Part shown: positions 16,590 to 24,524 of the stretch, piece by piece
How the letters are laid out: each line of letters opens with the position of its first letter
How positions within the stretch are numbered: position 1 is the first letter of the stretch
Source: Candidatus Asgardarchaeum abyssi
GTDB taxonomy: Archaea > Asgardarchaeota > Asgardarchaeia > Asgardarchaeales > Asgardarchaeaceae
Assembly (NCBI GenBank): GCA_040225955.1
Contig: JBECUL010000016.1
Span: 1 to 32,000, forward strand
Length of the DNA stretch: 32,000 nt
Reading direction: 5' to 3'
The notes under the pieces: generated by a model
What the model was told of the DNA's origin: nothing
Database searches by the model: none
Seen by the model: only the letters and a program-made list of their open reading frames with translations
Translations under genes and position numbers: made by a program

Positions 16590-17426
16590 ATGGATATACG
16601 TATTATCGAAAAAACGAAGAATACTATGAGATTCATATTATCCGATGTTGATGTAGCTGTTGCGAATAGTTTACGCAGGGCTATATTATCTGAAGTGCCT
16701 ACATTCGCCATAGATGATGTAGTTATTATTGAGAACACATCAGTATTATTTGACGAAATAATTGCTCATCGGTTAGGCCTGATTCCTTTAACTACAGATT
16801 TGGATACGTATTCCTACTCAGAGGAGTGTGAAACTGAAGATCCTGAAGTGCTATCAAAGTGTCAAGTTACTTTAACTTTAGAAAAAGAGGCCATTGACGA
16901 TTATGTTATGGTTTATTCTGGTGATTTGATATCTGAAGATCCAAACGTGAGACCTGTTTATGACGATATTCCAATCGTTAAATTGGCCCCAAAACAAAGA
17001 TTAGTTTTAGAGGCTTATGCACGTCTTGGTATAGGTAGAATTCATGCCAAATGGCAGCCAGTTTCTACAGTTTCATATAAGTATATGCCCCTATTGAATG
17101 TCAATTATGAAAAATGTAATTTCTGTGGAAAATGTGTAGAGGTATGTCCCAAAAATATATTGGATATTAAAGATAATGCATTGGTGATTACTGATATTCT
17201 TGAGTGCACCCTATGTATGTCATGCCAGGAAGTATGTCCTGAAAATGCAATCAGTGTGGAATGGGATGATAAAACGTTTATTTTCAGTTTAGAATCAACA
17301 GGAGCTTTGCCTGTTGAGAAAATACCAGATTTAGCAGCTGAGGCTATTATTAAACAATGTGAAAACCTACTTTCTCAAATTAGAGAAATTAAAGCCGTAA
17401 AAGAGGCAGATTCTGGAGGTTCTTAG
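16590..17426 (+). CDS. rpoD: RNA polymerase subunit Rpo3 (RpoD) with a ferredoxin-like insert carrying two complete CxxCxxCxxxCP motifs
   Basis: FILSDVDVAVANSLRRAILSEVPTFAIDDV is the alpha-like dimerisation domain. The two Cys motifs are CNFCGKCVEVCP and CTLCMSCQEVCP. The start could be GTG 16578. Confidence 0.92.
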   Translation: MDIRIIEKTKNTMRFILSDVDVAVANSLRRAILSEVPTFAIDDVVIIENTSVLFDEIIAHRLGLIPLTTDLDTYSYSEECETEDPEVLSKCQVTLTLEKEAIDDYVMVYSGDLISEDPNVRPVYDDIPIVKLAPKQRLVLEAYARLGIGRIHAKWQPVSTVSYKYMPLLNVNYEKCNFCGKCVEVCPKNILDIKDNALVITDILECTLCMSCQEVCPENAISVEWDDKTFIFSLESTGALPVEKIPDLAAEAIIKQCENLLSQIREIKAVKEADSGGS

Positions 17427-17427
17427 A

Positions 17428-17793
17428 ATGGTCAAAGTAACAGGTCCAACTGATCCAAATGTTAGATTGCTTATTACCAGATTAAGGAAAGCTAGTATAG
17501 AGCACGGGGCTGAAATTTGGCGAACGGTATCAAAAATTTTATTGAGACCTAGACGTATTAGGCCTGAGGTTAACATTAGTAAAATTAATAGATACACGAA
17601 GAAAGGAGACATTGTGCTTGTACCAGGGAAGGTTCTTGGCTCGGGTGAGCTCGACCATCCAGTAACGGTTGCTGCCTTATCATTCTCTGAGAGGGCAAAA
17701 GAAAAAATCCTAAATGCTAAGGGAAAAGTTTTAACGATTGATGAACTTATTGCATTAAATCCTAAAGGGAAAAATGTAATCTTGATGAGGTGA
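17428..17793 (+). CDS. rpl18e: 50S ribosomal protein eL18
   Basis: GPTDPNVRLLITRLRKAS...RPRRIRPEVNISKINRYTKKGDIVLVPGKVLG. Confidence 0.92.
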   Translation: MVKVTGPTDPNVRLLITRLRKASIEHGAEIWRTVSKILLRPRRIRPEVNISKINRYTKKGDIVLVPGKVLGSGELDHPVTVAALSFSERAKEKILNAKGKVLTIDELIALNPKGKNVILMR

Positions 17794-17797
17794 TACG

Positions 17798-18253
17798 ATG
17801 AGTGAAGAAAAAAAGCCAAAATTTTTAATCATTGATGCTAGTAATAGTATTCTAGGAAGACTTGCCAGTCACATAGCTAAATTATTATTATCAGGACAGA
17901 AAGTTGTGGTTGTCAATGCTGAAAAAGCAGTAATCTCTGGAAACCGACGACATATAGTGGAAGAATATAAACATCGATTAGAACGAAGAACATTAACTGC
18001 TCCGTGGAAGGGGCCATTTCAGCCAAGACGGCCTGACTTTATATTCAAAAGAACAGTTAGAGGTATGTTGCCTTATGACAAACCAAAGGGGCGAGAAGCA
18101 TATAAACGCTTAAGAGTATACATAGGAGTTCCTAAGGATTATGAAAACGTGGAATTTATAAGATTTGAAGATACAGATGTCAAAAATTTAAAAGGGCCTT
18201 ATATATACTTATATGATCTAAGTTCGGAATTAGGCTTTTACATAGAAAAATAA
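17798..18253 (+). CDS. rpl13p: 50S ribosomal protein uL13
   Basis: [38 protein letters not shown]. Confidence 0.95.
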   Translation: MSEEKKPKFLIIDASNSILGRLASHIAKLLLSGQKVVVVNAEKAVISGNRRHIVEEYKHRLERRTLTAPWKGPFQPRRPDFIFKRTVRGMLPYDKPKGREAYKRLRVYIGVPKDYENVEFIRFEDTDVKNLKGPYIYLYDLSSELGFYIEK

Positions 18254-18254
18254 G

Positions 18255-18671
18255 GTGGTTGATGTGAAGAAAAAAGTAATTGTTCAAAGTGGAAAGAGAA
18301 AAACAGCAATTGCTAGAGCTGTAATCCGACCGGGTAAAGGTAGAGTGAGAATAAATAAAAAACCTCTGGAGATTATAGAACCTGAGGTAGTTCGCTTGAA
18401 GATTATGGAACCTCTATTACTTGCACCTAAAGAGCTTGTTAATAGTGTTGATATTGAAGTATCAGTACGTGGTGGTGGATTTATGGGACAGGCAGAAGCT
18501 GCTAGAATTGCGGTTGCCAGAGCCTTGGTTGCTTGGTCCGATTCTGTTGAATTAAAACAAAAATATATTGAATATGATAGAACAATGCTTGTTGGCGATC
18601 CGAGACGTACCGAGCCCAAGAAATTTGGAGGTCCAGGACCAAGGAGAAGAAGGCAGAAAAGTTATCGTTAG
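18255..18671 (+). CDS. rps9p: 30S ribosomal protein uS9
   Basis: [24 protein letters not shown]...C-terminal RRRRQKSYR. Alternative in-frame GTG start at 18264, after AAGGTGG. Confidence 0.95.
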   Translation: MVDVKKKVIVQSGKRKTAIARAVIRPGKGRVRINKKPLEIIEPEVVRLKIMEPLLLAPKELVNSVDIEVSVRGGGFMGQAEAARIAVARALVAWSDSVELKQKYIEYDRTMLVGDPRRTEPKKFGGPGPRRRRQKSYR

Positions 18672-18682
18672 CTGGTGATATT

Positions 18683-18895
18683 ATGATAATTCCAATTAGA
18701 TGTTTTACATGTGGAAAGGTTATCGGTCATTTATGGGAAAAATATGCAAAGAGAGTAGCTGCCGGTGAGCCACCTGGAAAGGTTCTAGATGATTTAGGCA
18801 TTAAAAGATATTGCTGTAGGAGAATGTTTCTTACTCATGTTGATTTAATAGATGAAATTCTTAAATTTAGCGTGGTTTCTGGGGAAGAAACATGA
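18683..18895 (+). CDS. rpoN: RNA polymerase subunit Rpo10 (RpoN)
   Basis: [21 protein letters not shown]...[24 protein letters not shown]. Confidence 0.93.
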   Translation: MIIPIRCFTCGKVIGHLWEKYAKRVAAGEPPGKVLDDLGIKRYCCRRMFLTHVDLIDEILKFSVVSGEET

Positions 18896-18905
18896 GGTGT
18901 GAAAA

Positions 18906-19520
18906 GTGTCGGAGGAGAAACAATTATTAATCGGTATGGACAGTTATTTGGCTGCTGGTGTTCACATAGGGACTCAAATAAAAACTAAGATGATGGAACC
19001 ATTTATATTTCGTGTTAGAAACAATGGATTATTCGATCTTGACGTCAGAAAAACTGACGAAAGAATACGTATAGCTGCTAAGTTTTTAGCTAGATTTGAA
19101 CCCAATAAAATACTTGTTGTTAGCCAAAGGCAATATGGTAGAAAGCCAGTCCTTATGTTTGCTAAAGTTACTGGAGCATACCCTATAGTTGGACGATTTG
19201 TTCCAGGAACGCTTACAAATCCTATGTTTAAGGGCTATATAGAGCCCGATGTGGTTCTTTTAACAGATCCTAAAACAGATGCTCAAGCTTTAAAAGAAGC
19301 CGCTGAAACTAGAATACCTGTAGTAGCACTTTGTGATACAGATAACGTAGTTTCTGGTGTTGATTTAATAATCCCTACAAATAACAAAGGAAGACGAGCA
19401 CTAGCCTTAGTTTATTGGTTACTTGCCAGACAAGTTTTACGAGAGCGAGGCGATATAGGTCCTGAAGAAGACATTCCTTATTCTGTTGATGACTTTGAAA
19501 CCAAATTAAAGAGAGATTAA
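18906..19520 (+). CDS. rps2p: 30S ribosomal protein uS2
   Basis: [51 protein letters not shown] start. Confidence 0.95.
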   Translation: MSEEKQLLIGMDSYLAAGVHIGTQIKTKMMEPFIFRVRNNGLFDLDVRKTDERIRIAAKFLARFEPNKILVVSQRQYGRKPVLMFAKVTGAYPIVGRFVPGTLTNPMFKGYIEPDVVLLTDPKTDAQALKEAAETRIPVVALCDTDNVVSGVDLIIPTNNKGRRALALVYWLLARQVLRERGDIGPEEDIPYSVDDFETKLKRD

Positions 19521-19551
19521 TGATATTATTTTTCAATAATAATGATATTAT
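19518..19551. repeat. 12-nt perfect direct repeat TAATGATATTAT (19518-19529 and 19540-19551)
   Basis: Read directly from the sequence. The copies are 22 nt apart, and the first overlaps the uS2 stop codon. Confidence 0.55.
19526..19533 (+). terminator. T-run after uS2
   Basis: TTATTTTT lies just downstream of the uS2 stop and is followed by a 158-nt AT-rich spacer. Confidence 0.3.
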
Positions 19552-19693
19552 ATTATTTCTTTTATCACTAAGATATAATTAAAAATAATTTAAATAATAT
19601 TCAACTACAGCTATTACTTCCTATTTAATCGTTTTCATTATTATCTCTACATATTTTTTGCTGAATAAAATACATTAGATGAGGTTTGGCCGT

Positions 19694-20677
19694 ATGAAGG
19701 TAGTAGCTTCAGCGCCTGCTAAGGTAATTCTTTTTGGAGAACATAGTGTTGTTTATGGATATCCAGCAATTGCTACTGCTATAAATTTGAGAGCTCATGT
19801 TACTGCGGCATTCAATGAGTCAAAAAATCTTGAGGTAATTTCAAAAAATTATAATGTCAAAGAATCCATTCCAATAGAGAAACTACTTGATCTGGAAAGG
19901 ATGAATCTTAAATTTCTCTCAATATACACCGCAATTAAAAAGACTATCGAAGAATTATCTCTCTCTTTAGAAAATGGAATCTCTATAATAATCAATTCTG
20001 AAATACCCCCTAGTGCTGGATTAGGGTCGTCAGCTGCTGTAAGTGTAGCCACAGTCTATGCATTATCCCACTTATTTGATAAAGATATATCACTTGAAAA
20101 AGTATCAGCGATTGCGTATGAGGCAGAAAAGGTAGTTCATGGTACCCCCTCTGGAATTGATAATACAATTTCAACCTTTGGCGGAATGATTTATTATAGA
20201 AAAGGTTCTTCTCTTAAAAGAATAGTTTCTGACATAGAAATCCCTCTTGTAATTGGAAATACGGGAATACCAAGGAGTACTAAAAATCTTGTAATGAAAG
20301 TTCGAGCTCTTCGTGAAAAATACCCTGAACTGATAGATTCTATCTTTGAAGCCATGGGGCGAATTGCTGATCTTGCACTTGACAGGATAGCTAATAAAGA
20401 TATTCTAGGCGTAGGGCAACTTATGATCATAAACCAAGGTCTCTTAGAAAGCCTAGGTGTATCGCATGTCAAATTATCTTTATTTATACATGAGGCCTTA
20501 GCTAGTGGTGCTTTGGGTGCTAAACTCACTGGTGCTGGGGGTGGTGGCTGTATGATTGCTATTGTTGAAAAGGAGTATCAAGAACAAGTGGCCAATGCTA
20601 TACGTAACGTCGGTGGTGAGCCTATTATTACATCAACATCAAATCTTGGTGTCTCTGTGAGTAAATTAGATGAATAG
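19694..20677 (+). CDS. mvk: Mevalonate kinase (GHMP family)
   Basis: SAPAKVILFGEHSVVYGYPAIA, the GHMP motif PPSAGLGSSAAVSVA, and KLTGAGGGGC. The track ORF starts at 19679. Confidence 0.9.
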   Translation: MKVVASAPAKVILFGEHSVVYGYPAIATAINLRAHVTAAFNESKNLEVISKNYNVKESIPIEKLLDLERMNLKFLSIYTAIKKTIEELSLSLENGISIIINSEIPPSAGLGSSAAVSVATVYALSHLFDKDISLEKVSAIAYEAEKVVHGTPSGIDNTISTFGGMIYYRKGSSLKRIVSDIEIPLVIGNTGIPRSTKNLVMKVRALREKYPELIDSIFEAMGRIADLALDRIANKDILGVGQLMIINQGLLESLGVSHVKLSLFIHEALASGALGAKLTGAGGGGCMIAIVEKEYQEQVANAIRNVGGEPIITSTSNLGVSVSKLDE

Positions 20678-20689
20678 CTTGGTGGTTTT

Positions 20690-21493
20690 ATGAAAAAAGA
20701 GAATATAGTATTAATTAAATTTGGAGGTAGCATACTCTCAGATAAGAGTAAACCATTTTCATTAAGAGTTGAAGTGCTAAAACGTCTGATAGAGGAGTTG
20801 ATTTATTTTCATGGAAAAATGATTATAATTCACGGTGGGGGCTCTTTCGGACATCCAGTTGCAAACGCTTTTAATTACAAAAGTAATAGAAGATTCATTG
20901 ACCCTCAGGGAATAGCACATATTCATTATGCAATGCGTGTTTTTAACAATATCATTGTGAAGCTATTACTCAACAAAGGGCTAAATGCAATATCTTTTGA
21001 ACCAATGTCATATTTATGTTTAGAGAATAGCAAAATAAAGAATGCTTTTCTTGAAGGTATAAGGTTATCTTTAAAACTAGGTTTAATTCCAGTAACTTTT
21101 GGAGATATAGCCTTGGATGAAGAGTTGGGTTCGGCTATTATTTCGGGGGATACACTATTAAAGTTACTTGCAATAGAAATGAAGGTGAATAAGTTAGTTG
21201 TGTGTACAGATGTTGATGGTGTTTTTATTAAGGAGAATGGTAATAAAAAACTTGTTAGGGAAATAAATAGTAGCAATATAAAATCCATTTTGGAGCTATT
21301 AAAAAACGAGAAGCAAGTTACTGATAACAACAAAATCGATGTGACTGGTGGTATGTATTATAAGATCACAGAATTATGGGAAGTTGCTAAAAAAGGGATA
21401 CCAGTTATTATAATTAACGGTTTGGTACCTAACAGATTGAAGAATATCTTATTAAAAAAATCAAATGAAACACAAACTATAATAAAACCATGA
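20690..21493 (+). CDS. ipk: Isopentenyl phosphate kinase (amino-acid kinase fold)
   Basis: LIKFGGSILSDK...IIIHGGGSFGH...ISGD...TDVDGVF, with its position between mvk and IDI-2. Confidence 0.85.
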   Translation: MKKENIVLIKFGGSILSDKSKPFSLRVEVLKRLIEELIYFHGKMIIIHGGGSFGHPVANAFNYKSNRRFIDPQGIAHIHYAMRVFNNIIVKLLLNKGLNAISFEPMSYLCLENSKIKNAFLEGIRLSLKLGLIPVTFGDIALDEELGSAIISGDTLLKLLAIEMKVNKLVVCTDVDGVFIKENGNKKLVREINSSNIKSILELLKNEKQVTDNNKIDVTGGMYYKITELWEVAKKGIPVIIINGLVPNRLKNILLKKSNETQTIIKP

Positions 21494-21530
21494 GAGAAAA
21501 TGTGTGAGGAATAGCTAAGAGGGGCATCTT

Positions 21531-22673
21531 ATGAGTAAAAATAATGAATTAACCACAGAAAGAAGAAAAATCGAACATATCGAAATTTGTTTAACTAATA
21601 AAGTGGAATCTTATACGTCTACGTGGTTTGAATATGTTAGATTTGTTCATAATCCCCTTCCAGAGATAAATATAGATGAAATTGATGTTTCTACTTCCTT
21701 TCTTGGAAGAAAGATATCGTTGCCACTAATGATCTCCGGAATGACTGGTGGTTCTCAGATTTCTAAGAAGATAAATAAAATGCTTGCTGAAGTTGCTGAA
21801 CAAAAGCAAATACCAATAGGCGTTGGAAGTCAGCGTGCTGGAATTGAAAATCCCAAGCTTATTGAGACCTACCGTATTGTTAGAGATGTTGCGCCTACTA
21901 CAATAGTCATAGGTAATATAGGCGCGCCTCAAATTTCCTCAGAATATGATATCTCAAAGATAATTAAAGCTATAGAAATGATAGATGCTGATGCATTAGC
22001 TATACATCTGAATGCTTTACAAGAAGCAATTCAGCCGGAGGGTAACGCTAAATATAAAGGTGTCATAGAGAATATTGGTAAGATACAATCCGAGCTAGAT
22101 ATTCCTATAATTGTAAAAGAAACTGGAGCGGGCCTTACTAGGAATGCTGTTAAGATTCTAAAAGAGAATTGTGGAATTAAAATATTTGATGTAAGCGGGA
22201 TTGGTGGAACGAGTTTTTCGGCGGTTGAAGTACACCGAGCGATTAGAATTAAAGATGAACATAAAGAAAAATTAGGTAAGCTTTTCTGGGACTGGGGGGT
22301 CCCAACAGCGGCAGCACTTGTAGATTTGTATACCTTCTCTGATGAGATTACAATTATAGCATCAGGTGGTATTCGTACAGGTATTGATATATGTAAATCT
22401 TTATCTCTTGGCGCCCGCATCGCTGGAATGGCACTTCCTTTTTTGAAGGTTATTCACGGATCTGGAGTTGAAGGTGCTATGAAATTTATTGATTTCATAG
22501 AGGACCAAATAAAAATATGTATGTTTTTGATTGGGGCGTCATCTGTTGAAAAGATAAGAAAAGCTAGCATATTCATATATGGTCCTCTTGCTGAATGGGT
22601 CAAGTGTAGATATGGTTTTAGTGAAGGTACTAAGTTATTATCGTATTTTATGAATAGATCATTAGATGCTTAA
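21531..22673 (+). CDS. fni: Isopentenyl-diphosphate delta-isomerase type 2 (FMN-dependent)
   Basis: RKIEHIEICL, PLMISGMTGG, VGSQRA, VKETGAG and ASGGIRTG are IDI-2 hallmarks. Confidence 0.9.
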   Translation: MSKNNELTTERRKIEHIEICLTNKVESYTSTWFEYVRFVHNPLPEINIDEIDVSTSFLGRKISLPLMISGMTGGSQISKKINKMLAEVAEQKQIPIGVGSQRAGIENPKLIETYRIVRDVAPTTIVIGNIGAPQISSEYDISKIIKAIEMIDADALAIHLNALQEAIQPEGNAKYKGVIENIGKIQSELDIPIIVKETGAGLTRNAVKILKENCGIKIFDVSGIGGTSFSAVEVHRAIRIKDEHKEKLGKLFWDWGVPTAAALVDLYTFSDEITIIASGGIRTGIDICKSLSLGARIAGMALPFLKVIHGSGVEGAMKFIDFIEDQIKICMFLIGASSVEKIRKASIFIYGPLAEWVKCRYGFSEGTKLLSYFMNRSLDA

Positions 22674-22713
22674 TCAAGAAAAACCAATTAAAGTAAGCTT
22701 GCGTTCTGGTTAG

Positions 22714-22731
22714 TGTTTTAAATTTTGTTTT
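22714..22731 (+). terminator. T-runs after fni
   Basis: GTGTTTTAAATTTTGTTTT lies about 40 nt after the stop codon. Confidence 0.3.
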
Positions 22732-22740
22732 AAGAAAGTT

Positions 22741-22750
22741 TTTATATTAT
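22741..22750 (+). promoter_or_regulatory. TATA-like box TTTATATTAT for L7Ae
   Basis: Preceded by purine-rich AAGAAAG (BRE-like) and about 65 nt before ATG 22813. Confidence 0.45.
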
Positions 22751-22772
22751 ACATGAATATCGTTTAATACAC

Positions 22773-22804
22773 GTGATGAATGATGAGGTAAAAACCGAAG
22801 GAGG
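22773..22804 (+). promoter_or_regulatory. Candidate kink-turn-like element plus SD in the L7Ae 5' leader
   Basis: Tandem UGAUGA motifs at 22774-22779 and 22781-22786. G22785-A22786 and G22797-A22798 can form tandem sheared G.A pairs next to G22787-C22796 and G22788-C22795. The SD GGAGG (22800-22804) is adjacent. The canonical C-helix is not convincing. Confidence 0.3.
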
Positions 22805-22812
22805 TTAAGTCT

Positions 22813-23181
22813 ATGCCTAAACCTTTCTATGTTAAGTTTGATGTTCCTAAGGAGCTTGTTGCAAGGGCTCTTGAAGCTTTATCTCTAGCTAGAGATACAG
22901 GAAAAATAAAACGAGGGACGAATGAAACTACAAAAGCAGTGGAACGAGGACTTGCAAAATTAGTCTACATAGCTGAGGATGTTGAACCACCTGAAATTGT
23001 GGCGCACTTGCCACTACTTTGTGAGGAAAAAAAGGTTCCATATATTTATGTCCCTAGTAAAAAGCAACTCGGAGAAACTTGTGGAATAGAAGTTGCAGCA
23101 GCATCTGCAGCAATTATAGACCCCGGAAGAGCAGAGGCTCTGGTAAAAGAAATCTCAGAAAAATTAGCCGCACTTAAATAG
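22813..23181 (+). CDS. rpl7ae: 50S ribosomal protein L7Ae (eL8 family; K-turn binding, C/D and H/ACA RNP component)
   Basis: [56 protein letters not shown]. Confidence 0.95.
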   Translation: MPKPFYVKFDVPKELVARALEALSLARDTGKIKRGTNETTKAVERGLAKLVYIAEDVEPPEIVAHLPLLCEEKKVPYIYVPSKKQLGETCGIEVAAASAAIIDPGRAEALVKEISEKLAALK

Positions 23182-23227
23182 AAAATAAAAAAGTAAATTA
23201 TTAGGGAAAGCAATATCTTATCTATTA

Positions 23228-23240
23228 TTATTTTTATTTT
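23228..23240 (+). terminator. T-runs after L7Ae
   Basis: TTATTTTTATTTT lies about 50 nt after the stop codon. Confidence 0.3.
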
Positions 23241-23250
23241 GTCAGCAAAA

Positions 23251-23261
23251 AACTTATAAAG
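23251..23261 (+). promoter_or_regulatory. TATA-like box AACTTATAAAG for eS28-eL24
   Basis: About 35 nt before ATG 23293. Confidence 0.4.
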
Positions 23262-23292
23262 TTGGCTCATGAGATTCGTGTAGGTGATTAAA

Positions 23293-23508
23293 ATGAGTTC
23301 AAGTGACGATGCAACTCCTGCTGAAGTTGTACAAATAATTGGCAGAACAGGTATGACAGGAGAATTGACTCAAGTGAGAGTTAGAATATTAGAAGGAAGA
23401 GATAAAGGTAGAGTGATTACGAGAAACGTAAAAGGACCTGTTAGACTGGGTGATATTCTAATGCTACGTGACACTGAGCATGAAGCTCAAAGAATCTCTA
23501 GAAGATAG
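23293..23508 (+). CDS. rps28e: 30S ribosomal protein eS28
   Basis: [53 protein letters not shown] 23293 follows TAGGTGAT. Confidence 0.93.
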   Translation: MSSSDDATPAEVVQIIGRTGMTGELTQVRVRILEGRDKGRVITRNVKGPVRLGDILMLRDTEHEAQRISRR

Positions 23509-23521
23509 TGGGGTGTAAATA

Positions 23522-23716
23522 ATGAGGAAATACAGATGTAGTTTTTGCAACAAAGAAATCGAACCAGGAACAGGTATTATTTATGTTAGGCTAGATGGAA
23601 CAAAACTTTACTTTTGTTCATCTAAGTGCAGGAAAAATATGCTTAAGCTAAAGAGAGACCCTCGGAAGCTAAAGTGGACAGGATTTTACGTAAAAAGTAT
23701 TAGAAAAAGAAGTTAA
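23522..23716 (+). CDS. rpl24e: 50S ribosomal protein eL24 (Zn ribbon)
   Basis: [36 protein letters not shown]. Confidence 0.93.
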   Translation: MRKYRCSFCNKEIEPGTGIIYVRLDGTKLYFCSSKCRKNMLKLKRDPRKLKWTGFYVKSIRKRS

Positions 23717-23723
23717 TAAAAAT

Positions 23724-24404
23724 TCATTTTGAAGTTCTTGAAAGATCTACATTCGCCAAAACAAAATCTACAAAGTTCCTAATAACCTCTTTCTCATATG
23801 GTATATTATTTTCCCTAAGCTCGCTTATTATTATTTTTTCAAGACTTAGTATCGCGTCTTTTCTCTCAATATCATCATTACAATATTTTTTACAAATCTC
23901 TCTCATCTCGTATGTTTTTGTTTTGGGGGGATTTTTACTCAGCCACTTTTTTAGATACATTCCTAAGTCATCGGATGCTGTTCTTTCGTCGAAAATTAGG
24001 TCGAAATTATTTTTCCATAATTTAATTTCACGTTTTGCAGAATCTGCAGAGTCTGATGCATGAGCTATATTTACACCACCCCATATTCCAAACTTTCCTC
24101 TGATAGTATCTGGATCTGCCTTGTGTGCTAATGTATTTCCAAGTAGCTCCCTAGTTTCTTTTATTACGTTCTCTCCTTCAAAAATAACAACAACCACATT
24201 ATATATAGTTAAAAAATTCACCAGCCAATTATAAAAGAACTTTCCACGATGCTCCGCATAATGTACTTCTGAGAAGTCATGTGGTACTCTTACCTCCTTA
24301 AAAGCAACAGGTTTAAAATGTCTAACAAGAATATCTAAAGTAAGCGCACCAACATGCCTTCTTATGGTTGCATCAGGTTTCAAAATAAATAGTGTTTGTT
24401 CCAT
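23724..24404 (-). CDS. ndk: Nucleoside diphosphate kinase with a C-terminal extension of about 85 aa of unknown function
   Basis: TLFILKPDA, HYAEHRGKFFY, DTIRGKFG and the catalytic-His motif NIAHASDS cover the first ~140 aa. The remainder (…DDLGMYLKKWLSKNPPKTKTYEMREICKKY…VDLSRTSK) has no NDK counterpart. Start taken as ATG 24404, after AGGTGAT. The track starts at GTG 24413. Confidence 0.85.
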   Translation of the reverse strand: MEQTLFILKPDATIRRHVGALTLDILVRHFKPVAFKEVRVPHDFSEVHYAEHRGKFFYNWLVNFLTIYNVVVVIFEGENVIKETRELLGNTLAHKADPDTIRGKFGIWGGVNIAHASDSADSAKREIKLWKNNFDLIFDERTASDDLGMYLKKWLSKNPPKTKTYEMREICKKYCNDDIERKDAILSLEKIIISELRENNIPYEKEVIRNFVDFVLANVDLSRTSK

Positions 24405-24474
24405 GTGGATCACCTATTCTTGGCAAAATATTCTTAAGCGGTAGGTAGATTAATATTTCGATTTACATAAGAAT

Positions 24475-24490
24475 GTTTAATTTATAATTC
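24475..24490 (+). promoter_or_regulatory. TATA-like box GTTTAATTTATAATTC for aIF5B in the divergent ndk/infB spacer
   Basis: About 40 nt before ATG 24525. Confidence 0.35.
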
Positions 24491-24524
24491 TTACTTATTT
24501 ATTCAGAAAAATCTAGAAAAGGCG

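Noticed and set aside
22770-22850. Possible box C/D sRNA upstream of L7Ae, suggested by the GUGAUGA and UGAUGA motifs.
   Set aside because: No CUGA D or D' box and no terminal stem occur within the next ~70 nt, and the motifs sit in the mRNA leader. They are better explained as a K-turn-like regulatory element.
24468-24493. 7-bp inverted repeat TAAGAAT / ATTCTTA flanking the TATA-like box of aIF5B.
   Set aside because: It is short and AT-rich and so plausibly arises by chance in this composition. There is no second supporting feature.
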